A DNA stretch of 49,123 nt from an uncultured Acholeplasmataceae bacterium (GCA_963539535.1 CAUTMU010000001.1:1-49123); one strand, 5' to 3'. Counted from the first letter of the stretch, positions 8,203 through 16,993 are shown. A program made the numbers and translations. The notes: a model not told the origin generated them from the sequence alone.

Positions 8203-9879
8203 ATGAGAAAATTATTTTTAGCACTTATCGCTATCTTCTCAACACTATTTTTAACTGCATGTGGCAAATACGATGTTACTTTTTGGCATACATTTGGTAA
8301 AAAAGACATCACTGCCATTGAAAAAAGATTAAAAGATTTTACTAAAAAAACTGGAATCACCGTTAAACTTGAACAAAAGGGCGGATACCAAGACATCAAA
8401 GGTGCGATTGACAAAACTCTTTCTACTAAAAATCGCCCTAACTTAGTCATCGCTTATCCAGACCACGTTGCTTCATTTAACGAAAACCGCAAAAATGTTC
8501 TTGACTTAACTAAGTTCATCAATGAAGGAACTCAACTTCAAAAAAAATACATCAGCGACCAAGACTTTAAAAAAGATTGGGATGAACAATTTTACGATTT
8601 CGTAAAAGAGTCTCCTCTTTCTGAAAAGGGAATCTACACTACTCCGTTTGGTCTTTCTACTGAAGTTATTCTTTACAACAAAGAACTTGCTGCAGAAATT
8701 CCTGACTTTACTGAAAAAGTAAAAACTTGGGAAGGTATTTGGGAAATGGCTAAAAAATACCGTGGAGATCACACTGAAAAATTTGACAAATTAGTTGACC
8801 TTCCTGATCCAAAAGAACCTGGCAAAACTAAAAAACAATTTGAACGTACAGCTGTGTTCGGATATGACTCAGACGCTAACATGCTAATCACTATGTCAAA
8901 ACAATACGGTCTTCCTTACACTGATTTTGTGAAAAAGAACGGTGAACTTAAAGGGGATGCTTTTTTCCACGACACTACACAAAATGCACAATTAGTAGAA
9001 ATGTTAGACACTCTAAAAGGTTATGCTGCTCAAAACTTTTTTACTACTGGTGCAACTTGCGGAAACAAATATAACTCAACTGCGTTTAAAAACAAACAAA
9101 TAGTGTTCACTATCTCTTCATCTGGTGGAGTTGGCTATAACATTCCAGATAAAAACAAACCATTTGAAGTAGGTATGCTGCCACTTCCTCAACCTGAACT
9201 TCAACTTACAAAAACTCAATTAAAAGAAGCAAACGATCTACTTAAAGCAGACCCAAATAACGCAGACTTCAAAACTCTTCAACACAACGCACAAGCAGCA
9301 TACACCGCTGCGAAGGCTAAATACCCTAACTTAAATGAAGACAAACTATCTGGCGCTTCTATTTTCCAAGGTCCTTCAATTGCGATGCTAGACCAAGCAA
9401 AAGAAGGTGAAGACTCATATAAAAATGTTTCTAACCAAAAAGCATATGAGGTATTTAAATTCTTATTCAGCAAGGAAAACGTACGCGACTTTTCTTTAGC
9501 AAAAGGCTACGCAGCTCCTCGCAAAGACGTATTTGAAACCGAAGAAATTAAAAACTTTATTCAAGAAAATAAAACTATAAGCAATACACTTGAAGGCTTA
9601 GTTGCTAAATCTTTTGAAACTATCAAAGACACACTTGACAAGAAAAACACTTTCCAATCAATTGCTTACGAAAAATCTTCAAATGCCCGCACAGTTGCGC
9701 TAAACATCATTAAAAACGTATTAACTGACGCAGAAGTTGGCAAAGAAATTGTCACAAAAGAAGAAAGCAAAGACAAAAAACCTTTTGAGGCGTACAACAG
9801 TGTTAAAAAAGAAGACCGTCTAAAAAGAATTCAAGCATTACTTCAGTTTTACTACGATAAACACTGTAAGTACGAATAA
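8203..9879 (+). CDS. Lipoprotein, probable extracellular solute-binding protein of the ABC transporter (558 aa)
   Basis: Signal peptide plus lipobox LTAC (Cys20). Last gene of the operon before a terminator. Loosely resembles family-1 sugar/phosphoester binding proteins (WHTFGKK..., YPDHVA); assignment rests mainly on context. Confidence 0.65.
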   Translation: MRKLFLALIAIFSTLFLTACGKYDVTFWHTFGKKDITAIEKRLKDFTKKTGITVKLEQKGGYQDIKGAIDKTLSTKNRPNLVIAYPDHVASFNENRKNVLDLTKFINEGTQLQKKYISDQDFKKDWDEQFYDFVKESPLSEKGIYTTPFGLSTEVILYNKELAAEIPDFTEKVKTWEGIWEMAKKYRGDHTEKFDKLVDLPDPKEPGKTKKQFERTAVFGYDSDANMLITMSKQYGLPYTDFVKKNGELKGDAFFHDTTQNAQLVEMLDTLKGYAAQNFFTTGATCGNKYNSTAFKNKQIVFTISSSGGVGYNIPDKNKPFEVGMLPLPQPELQLTKTQLKEANDLLKADPNNADFKTLQHNAQAAYTAAKAKYPNLNEDKLSGASIFQGPSIAMLDQAKEGEDSYKNVSNQKAYEVFKFLFSKENVRDFSLAKGYAAPRKDVFETEEIKNFIQENKTISNTLEGLVAKSFETIKDTLDKKNTFQSIAYEKSSNARTVALNIIKNVLTDAEVGKEIVTKEESKDKKPFEAYNSVKKEDRLKRIQALLQFYYDKHCKYE

Positions 9880-9908
9880 ACTCTGCAAAACAAACTTTTT
9901 AAAATAAA

Positions 9909-9941
9909 TAAACAACAGCCAATTACTTGGCTGTTGTTTTA
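9909..9941 (+). terminator. Rho-independent terminator after the binding-protein gene
   Basis: Stem AAACAACAGCCA/TGGCTGTTGTTT, 6-nt loop, T-rich tail. Confidence 0.75.
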
Positions 9942-9988
9942 TATATAAACGAATAACTTCTAATTTTATTTAAAAGAAAGGAGAAAAA

Positions 9989-11254
9989 ATGAAAAAACTA
10001 ATTTTAATGCTAACAACTCTGTTAACTTCTGTTTTTTTAGTAGCCTGCCACAAAGCGTTTTTTATTGCTAAACAAGAGTCAGATATCATAATTCATAAAC
10101 TAATTATGGGCAGAAGTTATGAAAACTCCGTGCTGGAACTGAAAAACATTTCAAACTCCGCGAAAAACCTAAAAAACTACTCAATTAGATATTTTAAAAA
10201 ATCAAGCCAATTTAGTGAACTAACTCTTCCGAACAAGGAACTAAAACCTGGCGAGTTTTTTTCAATTGGCAACACTGGGGCAACTCTTGTAAAAACTAAG
10301 GGCGACACTTCTAGTGGCAACTCAGGTAAAAAGGTTGAAGTTGATTTGCTTCAAAACAAAATAACTTTTGGCTATTCTAAGAGACTTGAATTAAAAAAAG
10401 AAGCCAAAACTATTGATGTATACGGTCAAAAAGACGCTAAAAACACTTTAGCCGAAGAGGCTTCTCTTTATCGTTTTGCTGAGTTTGAAAAAAATTTAGG
10501 TGAAGCTCACCTAAACTTCGTTTGGTGTTTGTTTAAAGTAGAGTACTACAATGCACTTGGCAAAAACTGCCCACTAACCTACGAAGAAGTTCTAAAAGGT
10601 CCAAAACCTGACTTAACTAAGTTAGTTGAAGACAAAGTAAATGCAGGTCAAAACGCCAAAGAAGCTTTAATTCAAAATATCTTAAACAAAACTCCTGGCA
10701 ACGGCGAAATTATTCCGGTTGACCGAGTTAGTCTTTACAAAGACGGAGACACAACTGACTTCGTGGTGTCTTTCACAGAAAGCAAAACTGGCAACAAAAT
10801 TGAACATGTACTTCCAACCAGATACGCATATTGTGATACTCCTGAGAAAGGAAAAGGTGTTACGAGACCTGAGCCTTTTGCAAACCAGGCTACCAACTTA
10901 ACTCATGATCTACACGAAAACGCAAAAACTACATACCTGCAAACTATCCCGCGTGGGCAAATTGACGGTAGTTTTGGTCGCTACTTTTTAGTAGTTTGGG
11001 CAGGCAACGATCTTGTTGCATTTAAATTAACCAAAAATGGACTAAATGAAAAACTGCCATCTAGACTAAATATTTCAGATGCAATACTTTACAACGACAT
11101 CCCACTTGAATACTACATTGAAATGGCTTACTACTTTGCTGAGCAAAAACGCCTAAACCTTGCCTATGAATACAACAAAGACCCTTACTTTAACTACAAC
11201 ACAGGTAAATTTAAAAAAGGTCACGAAAACGCAAGGATAAAAACAGTTGAATAA
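9989..11254 (+). CDS. Lipoprotein nuclease: N-terminal lamin-tail-like (LTD) domain plus C-terminal staphylococcal-nuclease (SNase/thermonuclease) domain
   Basis: Lipobox LVAC (Cys20). LTD-like IIIHKL...NSVLELKNIS...LKNYSIRYF...LKPGEFFSIGN. SNase motifs KDGDTTDF, TRYAYCDTPE and DGSFGRYFLVVW align with S. aureus nuclease DGDT, RLLLVDTPE and DKYGRGLAYIY. Confidence 0.75.
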   Translation: MKKLILMLTTLLTSVFLVACHKAFFIAKQESDIIIHKLIMGRSYENSVLELKNISNSAKNLKNYSIRYFKKSSQFSELTLPNKELKPGEFFSIGNTGATLVKTKGDTSSGNSGKKVEVDLLQNKITFGYSKRLELKKEAKTIDVYGQKDAKNTLAEEASLYRFAEFEKNLGEAHLNFVWCLFKVEYYNALGKNCPLTYEEVLKGPKPDLTKLVEDKVNAGQNAKEALIQNILNKTPGNGEIIPVDRVSLYKDGDTTDFVVSFTESKTGNKIEHVLPTRYAYCDTPEKGKGVTRPEPFANQATNLTHDLHENAKTTYLQTIPRGQIDGSFGRYFLVVWAGNDLVAFKLTKNGLNEKLPSRLNISDAILYNDIPLEYYIEMAYYFAEQKRLNLAYEYNKDPYFNYNTGKFKKGHENARIKTVE

Positions 11255-12242
11255 AAGAACTCTTTTAACTGTCTTGCTTTATCTACTCTTTGTAGTAATT
11301 GTAGGCGTGCCTTTCTTTTTTGCAATTAACGCAGCACTTGGGAAAAGAGACCTTGATTACTTTCAGTCAAATGTCTTGGCACTATACGCTACTCCTTCTA
11401 AACAAAAACAATATCTGCAAACTTACGCAAAACTTTTTGGCTACGAGACTGAAAACACACCAGTTTTTGAGTTTAATACTGAAAATCCAGAACACTCTAG
11501 TATCAAACTCTTAGTGCTAAAGGCGCATAACCGCAAAACTAAGCAAAACACACTGCTAGTATATGTTTCAGAACTACTTGCCTACTCTGGTGCTCCTGAC
11601 AACTACGTTGTAGACGTGGCTAACAAAAACCGCCTGCATCCCCAGAACTACAAATCAGAGGTGCAATACCGCCTTGAGTTTTCGTTTACCAACTCTAACT
11701 TTAAGTTTGTGCAAAAAAATAAGTTCAGTGATTTTTTAAAACCGTTTATCATCAACACTGATTTTGTCACTGCCAACGGTAAGTTTGAAAACTATATAGA
11801 CGGAATCAAAATAACACCAACCTACGCACCTAGCACTTTCCCAAACAAACAAAAACTTAAAAAACCTGAGTTAATAGTTGCAACTAAAGACTCAAAGTTT
11901 GCCAAGGAAGAGACTGCCTATCCTGAGGCTAAACGTATTTTAAGCGTCGACCATAAATTATTTGACCGTAAATATCTAGCCCAACCTTTTAATCTTGCAG
12001 ATCAAGCAGAAATTAAAATTAACTACTCCGGCCTAAACCGCGGACTTGTTTTGGTATCACTTGCTGGTGCTGGTTTGATTTTGGTGATTACTTACTTTAC
12101 TTTCATTAGAAAACCACTTAAAGTTTTCATAAAGGAAAAGCGAAGAGTAGCGCACCGCCGCAAGCAAGAACAAGCGGGAATAGACACAGAAACCAAGTTA
12201 TTTGGCAAAACTGTCGATAAAGTTGAGCAAGACAAAGAATAG
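11247..12242 (+). CDS. Hypothetical membrane protein, 331 aa (N-terminal TM, about 230-aa outside domain, second TM, basic C-terminal tail)
   Basis: TTG start overlapping the nuclease stop by 8 nt. Hydrophobic segments LLTVLLYLLFVVIVGVPFFFAI and LVLVSLAGAGLILVITYFTFI. No recognisable family. Confidence 0.55.
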   Translation: MNKRTLLTVLLYLLFVVIVGVPFFFAINAALGKRDLDYFQSNVLALYATPSKQKQYLQTYAKLFGYETENTPVFEFNTENPEHSSIKLLVLKAHNRKTKQNTLLVYVSELLAYSGAPDNYVVDVANKNRLHPQNYKSEVQYRLEFSFTNSNFKFVQKNKFSDFLKPFIINTDFVTANGKFENYIDGIKITPTYAPSTFPNKQKLKKPELIVATKDSKFAKEETAYPEAKRILSVDHKLFDRKYLAQPFNLADQAEIKINYSGLNRGLVLVSLAGAGLILVITYFTFIRKPLKVFIKEKRRVAHRRKQEQAGIDTETKLFGKTVDKVEQDKE

Positions 12243-12275
12243 ACAACAAAAATGTGTGTTTTTCTTAAAAACACA

Positions 12276-12304
12276 TTTACAAAACCCTTAAACTGGGCTA
12301 TAAT
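12276..12304 (+). promoter_or_regulatory. Sigma-70-type promoter for the OB-fold lipoprotein gene
   Basis: TTTACA (12276-12281), 17-nt spacer, TATAAT (12299-12304), preceded by a hairpin at about 12250-12276. Confidence 0.6.
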
Positions 12305-12329
12305 TTATTTAAAGGAGACATAAAAAAAT

Positions 12330-13256
12330 ATGTTTAAAAAAATATTATTAACATTTCTTACTCTAATCGTTCCATTTGCTTTAGCGTCATGCGAACCAAG
12401 ATATTTTGATGATGTTAAAGTTGCTAAAATCAAAGACATCTACAATATGAACGCAAACGACCCAGTCGCTGCTTCTGGTATTCTTTTCCGTGCGGCTTCA
12501 AAAGCAACTTGGTATTTAACTGACGGTACTTCTACAATCAAGGTATACGACCGCGATGGCAATATTGACCACGACAAAGATTTAAACTACGATTTTCAAA
12601 AAGTTTTAATTAAAGGCAAAGTGTCTGAGTTTGCTGGTTTAAAACAAATTGCAATGCAAGACATTAAGTTAAATGAAAAATCAAGTGCTAAATTACCTGG
12701 TCTTGCAGACATTTCTCAAGTTAAGTTATTTGCAAATAGCGAAAAAGGCAAAGAACAAGTTTCTTCAGACTTTGCTAAACTAGACGGTAAATTAGTTAAA
12801 TTTGGCGCTAAGTTACTCGGCTTTAAAGAAACTTACGTAGGTAAAGTAATTGAACAAAAAGACGGTAAAGATCAACTAATTGCTGGTAAAACTCCAGACT
12901 ACATTGAAGTTCAACTAGAAATTAACGGCGAAAAAACTAATGTTCGCTTTGATGTTCGTGAACCAAAATGGGCAAAATGGTTTCAAAAAAATATAGCTGC
13001 TGTTAAAGCACTTTACAAAGACATTGAGTTTAAAGCAACTGAGAAAAAGAAAACAATAAATAAAGGCAAAAAAGATGAAAAAACTATAGTTGAAAAAACT
13101 TATCTTGAATACAAATTACCTGAAGCAAAACAAGTTACAGTAAGCAACGTAATTGCCTCAGTTTACAAGCCTTACGACAAAGCAAAAAAACAACTAGTTG
13201 GCACATCACTTGCTCAATTTGACATTTCAACTAGATTTACTATTACTTTTAAATAA
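12330..13256 (+). CDS. Lipoprotein with a probable N-terminal OB-fold (nucleic-acid-binding type), 308 aa
   Basis: Lipobox LASC (Cys21). KIKDIY...ASGILFRA...WYLTDGTSTIKVYD...VLIKGKVSEFAGLKQIAMQDIKL matches the OB module found at the N-termini of secreted nucleases (V.G.V.E..G..Q). Strong SD AAAGGAG. Confidence 0.55.
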   Translation: MFKKILLTFLTLIVPFALASCEPRYFDDVKVAKIKDIYNMNANDPVAASGILFRAASKATWYLTDGTSTIKVYDRDGNIDHDKDLNYDFQKVLIKGKVSEFAGLKQIAMQDIKLNEKSSAKLPGLADISQVKLFANSEKGKEQVSSDFAKLDGKLVKFGAKLLGFKETYVGKVIEQKDGKDQLIAGKTPDYIEVQLEINGEKTNVRFDVREPKWAKWFQKNIAAVKALYKDIEFKATEKKKTINKGKKDEKTIVEKTYLEYKLPEAKQVTVSNVIASVYKPYDKAKKQLVGTSLAQFDISTRFTITFK

Positions 13257-13287
13257 GTTTTTCATACTTTTTTAAAAAACTCAACGA

Positions 13288-13311
13288 CCCCGATATTTTA
13301 TCGGGGTTTTT
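13288..13311 (+). terminator. Rho-independent terminator
   Basis: Stem CCCCGATA/TATCGGGG, 3-nt loop, T5 tail. Confidence 0.8.
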
Positions 13312-13439
13312 AAATTAAGTGCAAAAACCCCGTAAATGTGGTATCCTATTTCAGTTAAGTGTACACAACACTTAGTGGTAGTCACTAAAAGCGACGCTAA
13401 CCACATGCTTACATAATTTAGTAAAAGGAGGTTGTGTTT

Positions 13440-13862
13440 ATGGCTAAAAAAATTGTCAAGCAAATCAAACTACAAATTCCGGCTGGCAAAGCGACACCAG
13501 CAGCACCAGTAGGTCCTGCCCTTGGTCAAGCGCAAGTTAACATTCCGCAATTTGTTAAACAATTCAACGATGCTACTCAAGGTCAAATTGGCTTTGTAGT
13601 GCCAGTGGTAATTTCTGTATATGAAGACCGTTCATTTACATTTGTTACTAAAACTCCACCGGCTTCTGATCTTTTAAAGAAAGAAGCAGGTATTGAAAAA
13701 GGGTCTGCAAACCCTCTTAAAAACAAGGTTGCTAAAATCAAACGCGCCCAAGTTGCAAAAATCGCGGAAATCAAAATGCGCGATCTAAACGCCAACGACT
13801 TAGAGGCTGCAACTAAAATTATTGAAGGATCTGCCCGCAACATGGGCATTGAAGTTGAATAA
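13440..13862 (+). CDS. rplK: 50S ribosomal protein L11
   Basis: [30 protein letters not shown]-type N-terminus. SD AAAGGAGG 8 nt upstream of ATG 13440; the ORF-track start at 13434 is an upstream alternative. Confidence 0.95.
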   Translation: MAKKIVKQIKLQIPAGKATPAAPVGPALGQAQVNIPQFVKQFNDATQGQIGFVVPVVISVYEDRSFTFVTKTPPASDLLKKEAGIEKGSANPLKNKVAKIKRAQVAKIAEIKMRDLNANDLEAATKIIEGSARNMGIEVE

Positions 13863-13873
13863 GGAGCACCGAC

Positions 13874-14560
13874 ATGCAAAAAGGAAAAAAATACACAGAA
13901 AGTGCTAAACTTATTGACAAAACTGTTCAGTATTCACTGCTAGACGGTGTAGAACTTGTAAAAAAAGCAAAATTCGCAAAATTTGACGAAACCGTTGAAC
14001 TTGCCCTTAAAATGAACCTAGATTCACGCAAAGCCGAACAAAACTTACGTGGTGCACTAGTCCTTCCACACGGTACTGGAAAAACCCAAAAAGTCTGCGT
14101 TATTGCTGAAGGCAAAAAAGCAGAAGAGGCTAAAAAAGCAGGTGCTGATGTAGTTGGCGACAACGAACTAATTCAACAAATCGCGGGTGGCTGGCTGGAG
14201 TTTGACGTCATGGTTGCAACTCCTGACATGATGCCAAAATTGGGTAGACTAGGAAAAGTTTTAGGACCTCGTGGTCTGATGCCAAACCCTAAAACCGGAA
14301 CTGTTACTCTAGACGTTGAAAAAGCAGTTCACGACATTAAAAATGGTAAAGTTGAATACCGAGTTGACAAATTCGGAAACATTCAAGTACCAGTTGGAAA
14401 AGCATCTTTTGCATCTAAAGCACTTGTTGAAAACATCGCAGTTGTACTTGACCAAATTATTAAAATCAAACCAGCAACTGTCAAAGGTACTTACCTTAAA
14501 AATGCCACAATTTCCACAACTCAAGGCCCTGGTGTGAAAATCAACCCAGAAACTCGCTAG
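13874..14560 (+). CDS. rplA: 50S ribosomal protein L1
   Basis: Typical L1 sequence ([40 protein letters not shown]). SD AAGGAG. Confidence 0.95.
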   Translation: MQKGKKYTESAKLIDKTVQYSLLDGVELVKKAKFAKFDETVELALKMNLDSRKAEQNLRGALVLPHGTGKTQKVCVIAEGKKAEEAKKAGADVVGDNELIQQIAGGWLEFDVMVATPDMMPKLGRLGKVLGPRGLMPNPKTGTVTLDVEKAVHDIKNGKVEYRVDKFGNIQVPVGKASFASKALVENIAVVLDQIIKIKPATVKGTYLKNATISTTQGPGVKINPETR

Positions 14561-14564
14561 TAGT

Positions 14565-14732
14565 TGTATAATAATTAAGTAAAAAATTAATCTCCAAAGA
14601 CAGCAGGCATTATGTAAGCCCTGCCGAGGAAAACAAAAGTAAATTAAAAACCCTTTTTTTGTTTAACTCGCTTTGGCTAAGTTAATTTAAAAAAGGGTTT
14701 TTAATTTATAAATAGATTTAAACGGAGGAAAA
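14565..14732 (+). promoter_or_regulatory. rplJ leader: extended -10 promoter plus candidate L10(L12)4-binding leader with terminator-like attenuator hairpin
   Basis: TGTATAAT at 14565-14572. Helix GACAGCAGGC...GCCCTGCCGAGG. Perfect 14-bp stem AAAAACCCTTTTTT/AAAAAAGGGTTTTT (14646-14702) followed by T residues, about 30 nt before the rplJ start. Confidence 0.5.
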
Positions 14733-15218
14733 ATGAAAGAAAGTTTAGTCTTAAAACAAAAACAAGTAGACGAACTTAGCCAAATTTTTACAGCCGCTAA
14801 AACTATCGTTGTTTTTGAATATGGAGCATTGTCTGTAGAAAGTCTAACTCAACTAAGAAGAGCACTTCGAAAATCTGACTCAAATGCAAAAGTTTATAAA
14901 AACAACATAGCACGTCGCGCTGCTTTAAAATCTGGGCTAGCAGAACTTGCTGACCGCTTAGTTGGACAAGTCGCAATCGCGTACTCTTTAACCGACACTG
15001 TCGCTCCTGCAAAAGCAGTTTACGAGTTTATCACAGCATATCCTGATAAAAAAATTGTGACAGGAGCTGTTGACGGTAAAGTTGTCTCAGTTTCAGAAAT
15101 TGAAACTCTCGCAAAACTTCCCAACAAAGAAGGTATGCTTCAATTATTGGCAGGTGCAATGTACCAGCCTCTTCAACGCCTTGCTATCGGGCTTAATATG
15201 TTAGCAGAATCAAAATAA
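14733..15218 (+). CDS. rplJ: 50S ribosomal protein L10
   Basis: Position between rplA and rplL. Typical L10 length and sequence. SD ACGGAGG. Confidence 0.9.
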   Translation: MKESLVLKQKQVDELSQIFTAAKTIVVFEYGALSVESLTQLRRALRKSDSNAKVYKNNIARRAALKSGLAELADRLVGQVAIAYSLTDTVAPAKAVYEFITAYPDKKIVTGAVDGKVVSVSEIETLAKLPNKEGMLQLLAGAMYQPLQRLAIGLNMLAESK

Positions 15219-15240
15219 TTTTGCTAAGGAGGAAATAATA

Positions 15241-15612
15241 ATGGCAAAACTAACTAAACAAGCATTTATTGATGCACTTAAAGAAATGACAATCCTTGAA
15301 ATCAAGGAACTTCTTGATGGACTTAAAGAAGAATTTGGGATCGATCCAACTGCAGTTGCAGTTGCTGGACCTGCTCAAAGCGGACCTGCTCAAGAAGAAA
15401 AAACTGAGTTTACAGTTGTACTTAAATCATTTGGCGAAAACAAAATCGCGGTAATTAAAGTAGTTCGCGAAATTACTGGACTTGGTCTTGCTGAGGCTAA
15501 AAAAGCTGCAGAAACTCCAGACTCAGTACTTAAAGAAAACGTGTCAAAAGAAGAAGCCGAAGCAATTCAAAAGAAACTTGAAGAAGCCGGTGCTAAAGTT
15601 GAACTTAAATAG
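15241..15612 (+). CDS. rplL: 50S ribosomal protein L7/L12
   Basis: Ala/Glu-rich hinge and C-terminal domain [21 protein letters not shown]...[10 protein letters not shown]. Confidence 0.95.
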   Translation: MAKLTKQAFIDALKEMTILEIKELLDGLKEEFGIDPTAVAVAGPAQSGPAQEEKTEFTVVLKSFGENKIAVIKVVREITGLGLAEAKKAAETPDSVLKENVSKEEAEAIQKKLEEAGAKVELK

Positions 15613-15623
15613 TTTTCACTTTA

Positions 15624-16220
15624 GTGGAACATTACTTTTCTAAAAAACCACAAATTAAAAGTAAGCAAACTAAATACAGCGCCGTTGTTTTTGAAAAACA
15701 TTTTAGTTTTTTTAAAGACAACGGTGTTTTTTCCAAGGACAACTTAGATAAAGGAACTTACCTTTTTTTAAAACATTTTGACCTTAAAAATCTAGACGCT
15801 AAAACTGTTTTAGATGTAGGCGCTGGAACTGGCGAAATTTCAATAGTTTTGGCGAAGCTCTTCCCTGAGATTAATTTCACTGGTATTGAGATTAACGAAA
15901 GAGCAGTCATTTTGGCTAAAAAAAACAGTGAACTTAATCAGTGTGCAAACACCGAGTTTATCCAAGAGGATTTCTTGGAGTTTACCGTAGATAAAAAGTT
16001 TGATTTAATTGTTTCCAACCCACCAATTAAGATAGGTAAGCAAACTATTTTTGAGTTTTACCGCAAAGTAAAAAGTTTACTTTCAGAAGCAGGGCAGTTT
16101 TCACTAGTTGTCAAACACTCACAAGGTGCCGAAAGCCACCTTAAGTTCTTAAAAACTTTATTTAAGTTAGTAGAATTTAAAAAAGACGCAACTTACTATT
16201 TAATTTCGTGTTTTAATTAA
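15624..16220 (+). CDS. Class I SAM-dependent methyltransferase, RsmC/YbxB-like
   Basis: SAM motif VLDVGAGTGEISIVLA and NPPI motif (VSNPPIKIG). Same position after rplL as Bacillus ybxB. GTG start with a weak RBS, so the start is uncertain. Confidence 0.7.
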   Translation: MEHYFSKKPQIKSKQTKYSAVVFEKHFSFFKDNGVFSKDNLDKGTYLFLKHFDLKNLDAKTVLDVGAGTGEISIVLAKLFPEINFTGIEINERAVILAKKNSELNQCANTEFIQEDFLEFTVDKKFDLIVSNPPIKIGKQTIFEFYRKVKSLLSEAGQFSLVVKHSQGAESHLKFLKTLFKLVEFKKDATYYLISCFN

Positions 16221-16232
16221 AACTTTATTCAT

Positions 16233-16254
16233 AAAACCGCTTTTGCGGTTTTTT
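16233..16254 (+). terminator. Rho-independent terminator
   Basis: Stem AAAACCGC/GCGGTTTT, loop TTTT, T tail. Confidence 0.75.
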
Positions 16255-16282
16255 AAAAACTAAAAAAGGAGTTTATATAAAT

Positions 16283-16993
16283 ATGGGACGTGCATTTGAA
16301 GTTAGAAAAGAAGCAAAAGCCAAAACTGCTGCGGCTAAAACCAAAGTTTACTCAAAATATGGTCGCGAAATTTACGTCTTGGCTAAAAACGGATCGCCAG
16401 ATCCTCAAAGCAACCCCGATTTAAAGCGAATTATTGAAAAGGCTAAAAAAGACCAGGTGCCAAACGACATAATTCAGCGCGCCATTGATAAAGCCAAGGG
16501 TGCAGGTGGTGAGAACTTTGTACCAGTAGTCTACGAAGGCTTTGGCCAAGGCGACGCTCAGTTTATAATAGAAACCTTAACTGACAACGTCAACCGCACG
16601 ATTTCGCAAATTCGCGCAATTTTAAACAAAACAGGCGGAAAACTTGGAGTTTCAGGTTCAGTTTCGCACCAATTTGCCCATGAGGCTATTTTTAAACTAC
16701 CTGTTCAAGAAGACGATGTGCTAAACGCACTGCTTGAGGCAGACGCAGACATTAAAGACACCACAGCCCTTGAAAACTCAACCGTGGTCTACGCCGAAAT
16801 TGATAAATACGGCCAAGTTAAATCCGCGCTAACCTCTGCCTTTCCAAACATTGAGTTTGAGATTGACGAAATCACTTACTCAGCACTTAACTTAGTTGAA
16901 CTAAGCACTGAAAACCAAGAGAAGTTTGACAATATGCTTATGCAACTTGAGGAACTTGACGACGTTCAACATATTTATCACAACGTAAAATAA
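16283..16993 (+). CDS. yebC: YebC/PmpR family DNA-binding transcriptional regulator
   Basis: N-terminus MGRAFEVRKEAKAKTAAAKTKVYSKYGREI and IKRAIDKAKG are characteristic of the family. 236 aa. Confidence 0.9.
   Translation: MGRAFEVRKEAKAKTAAAKTKVYSKYGREIYVLAKNGSPDPQSNPDLKRIIEKAKKDQVPNDIIQRAIDKAKGAGGENFVPVVYEGFGQGDAQFIIETLTDNVNRTISQIRAILNKTGGKLGVSGSVSHQFAHEAIFKLPVQEDDVLNALLEADADIKDTTALENSTVVYAEIDKYGQVKSALTSAFPNIEFEIDEITYSALNLVELSTENQEKFDNMLMQLEELDDVQHIYHNVK

Noticed and set aside
8182-9888. 12-13-nt direct repeat ATAA(A)CTCTGCAA immediately before (8182-8193) and after (9876-9888) the binding-lipoprotein gene, as possible insertion footprints.
   Set aside because: The match is short, there are no inverted repeats or mobility genes, and the gene fits the operon functionally. 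It is most likely chance.
13336-13406. Foldable rplK leader: closing helix ATGTGGT/ACCACAT and hairpin TAAGTGT/ACACTTA, as a possible L1-binding autoregulatory site.
   Set aside because: The helices are short (7 bp), partly mutually exclusive with a third one, and overlap the only plausible -10 element. I cannot distinguish this from a chance fold without covariation data.
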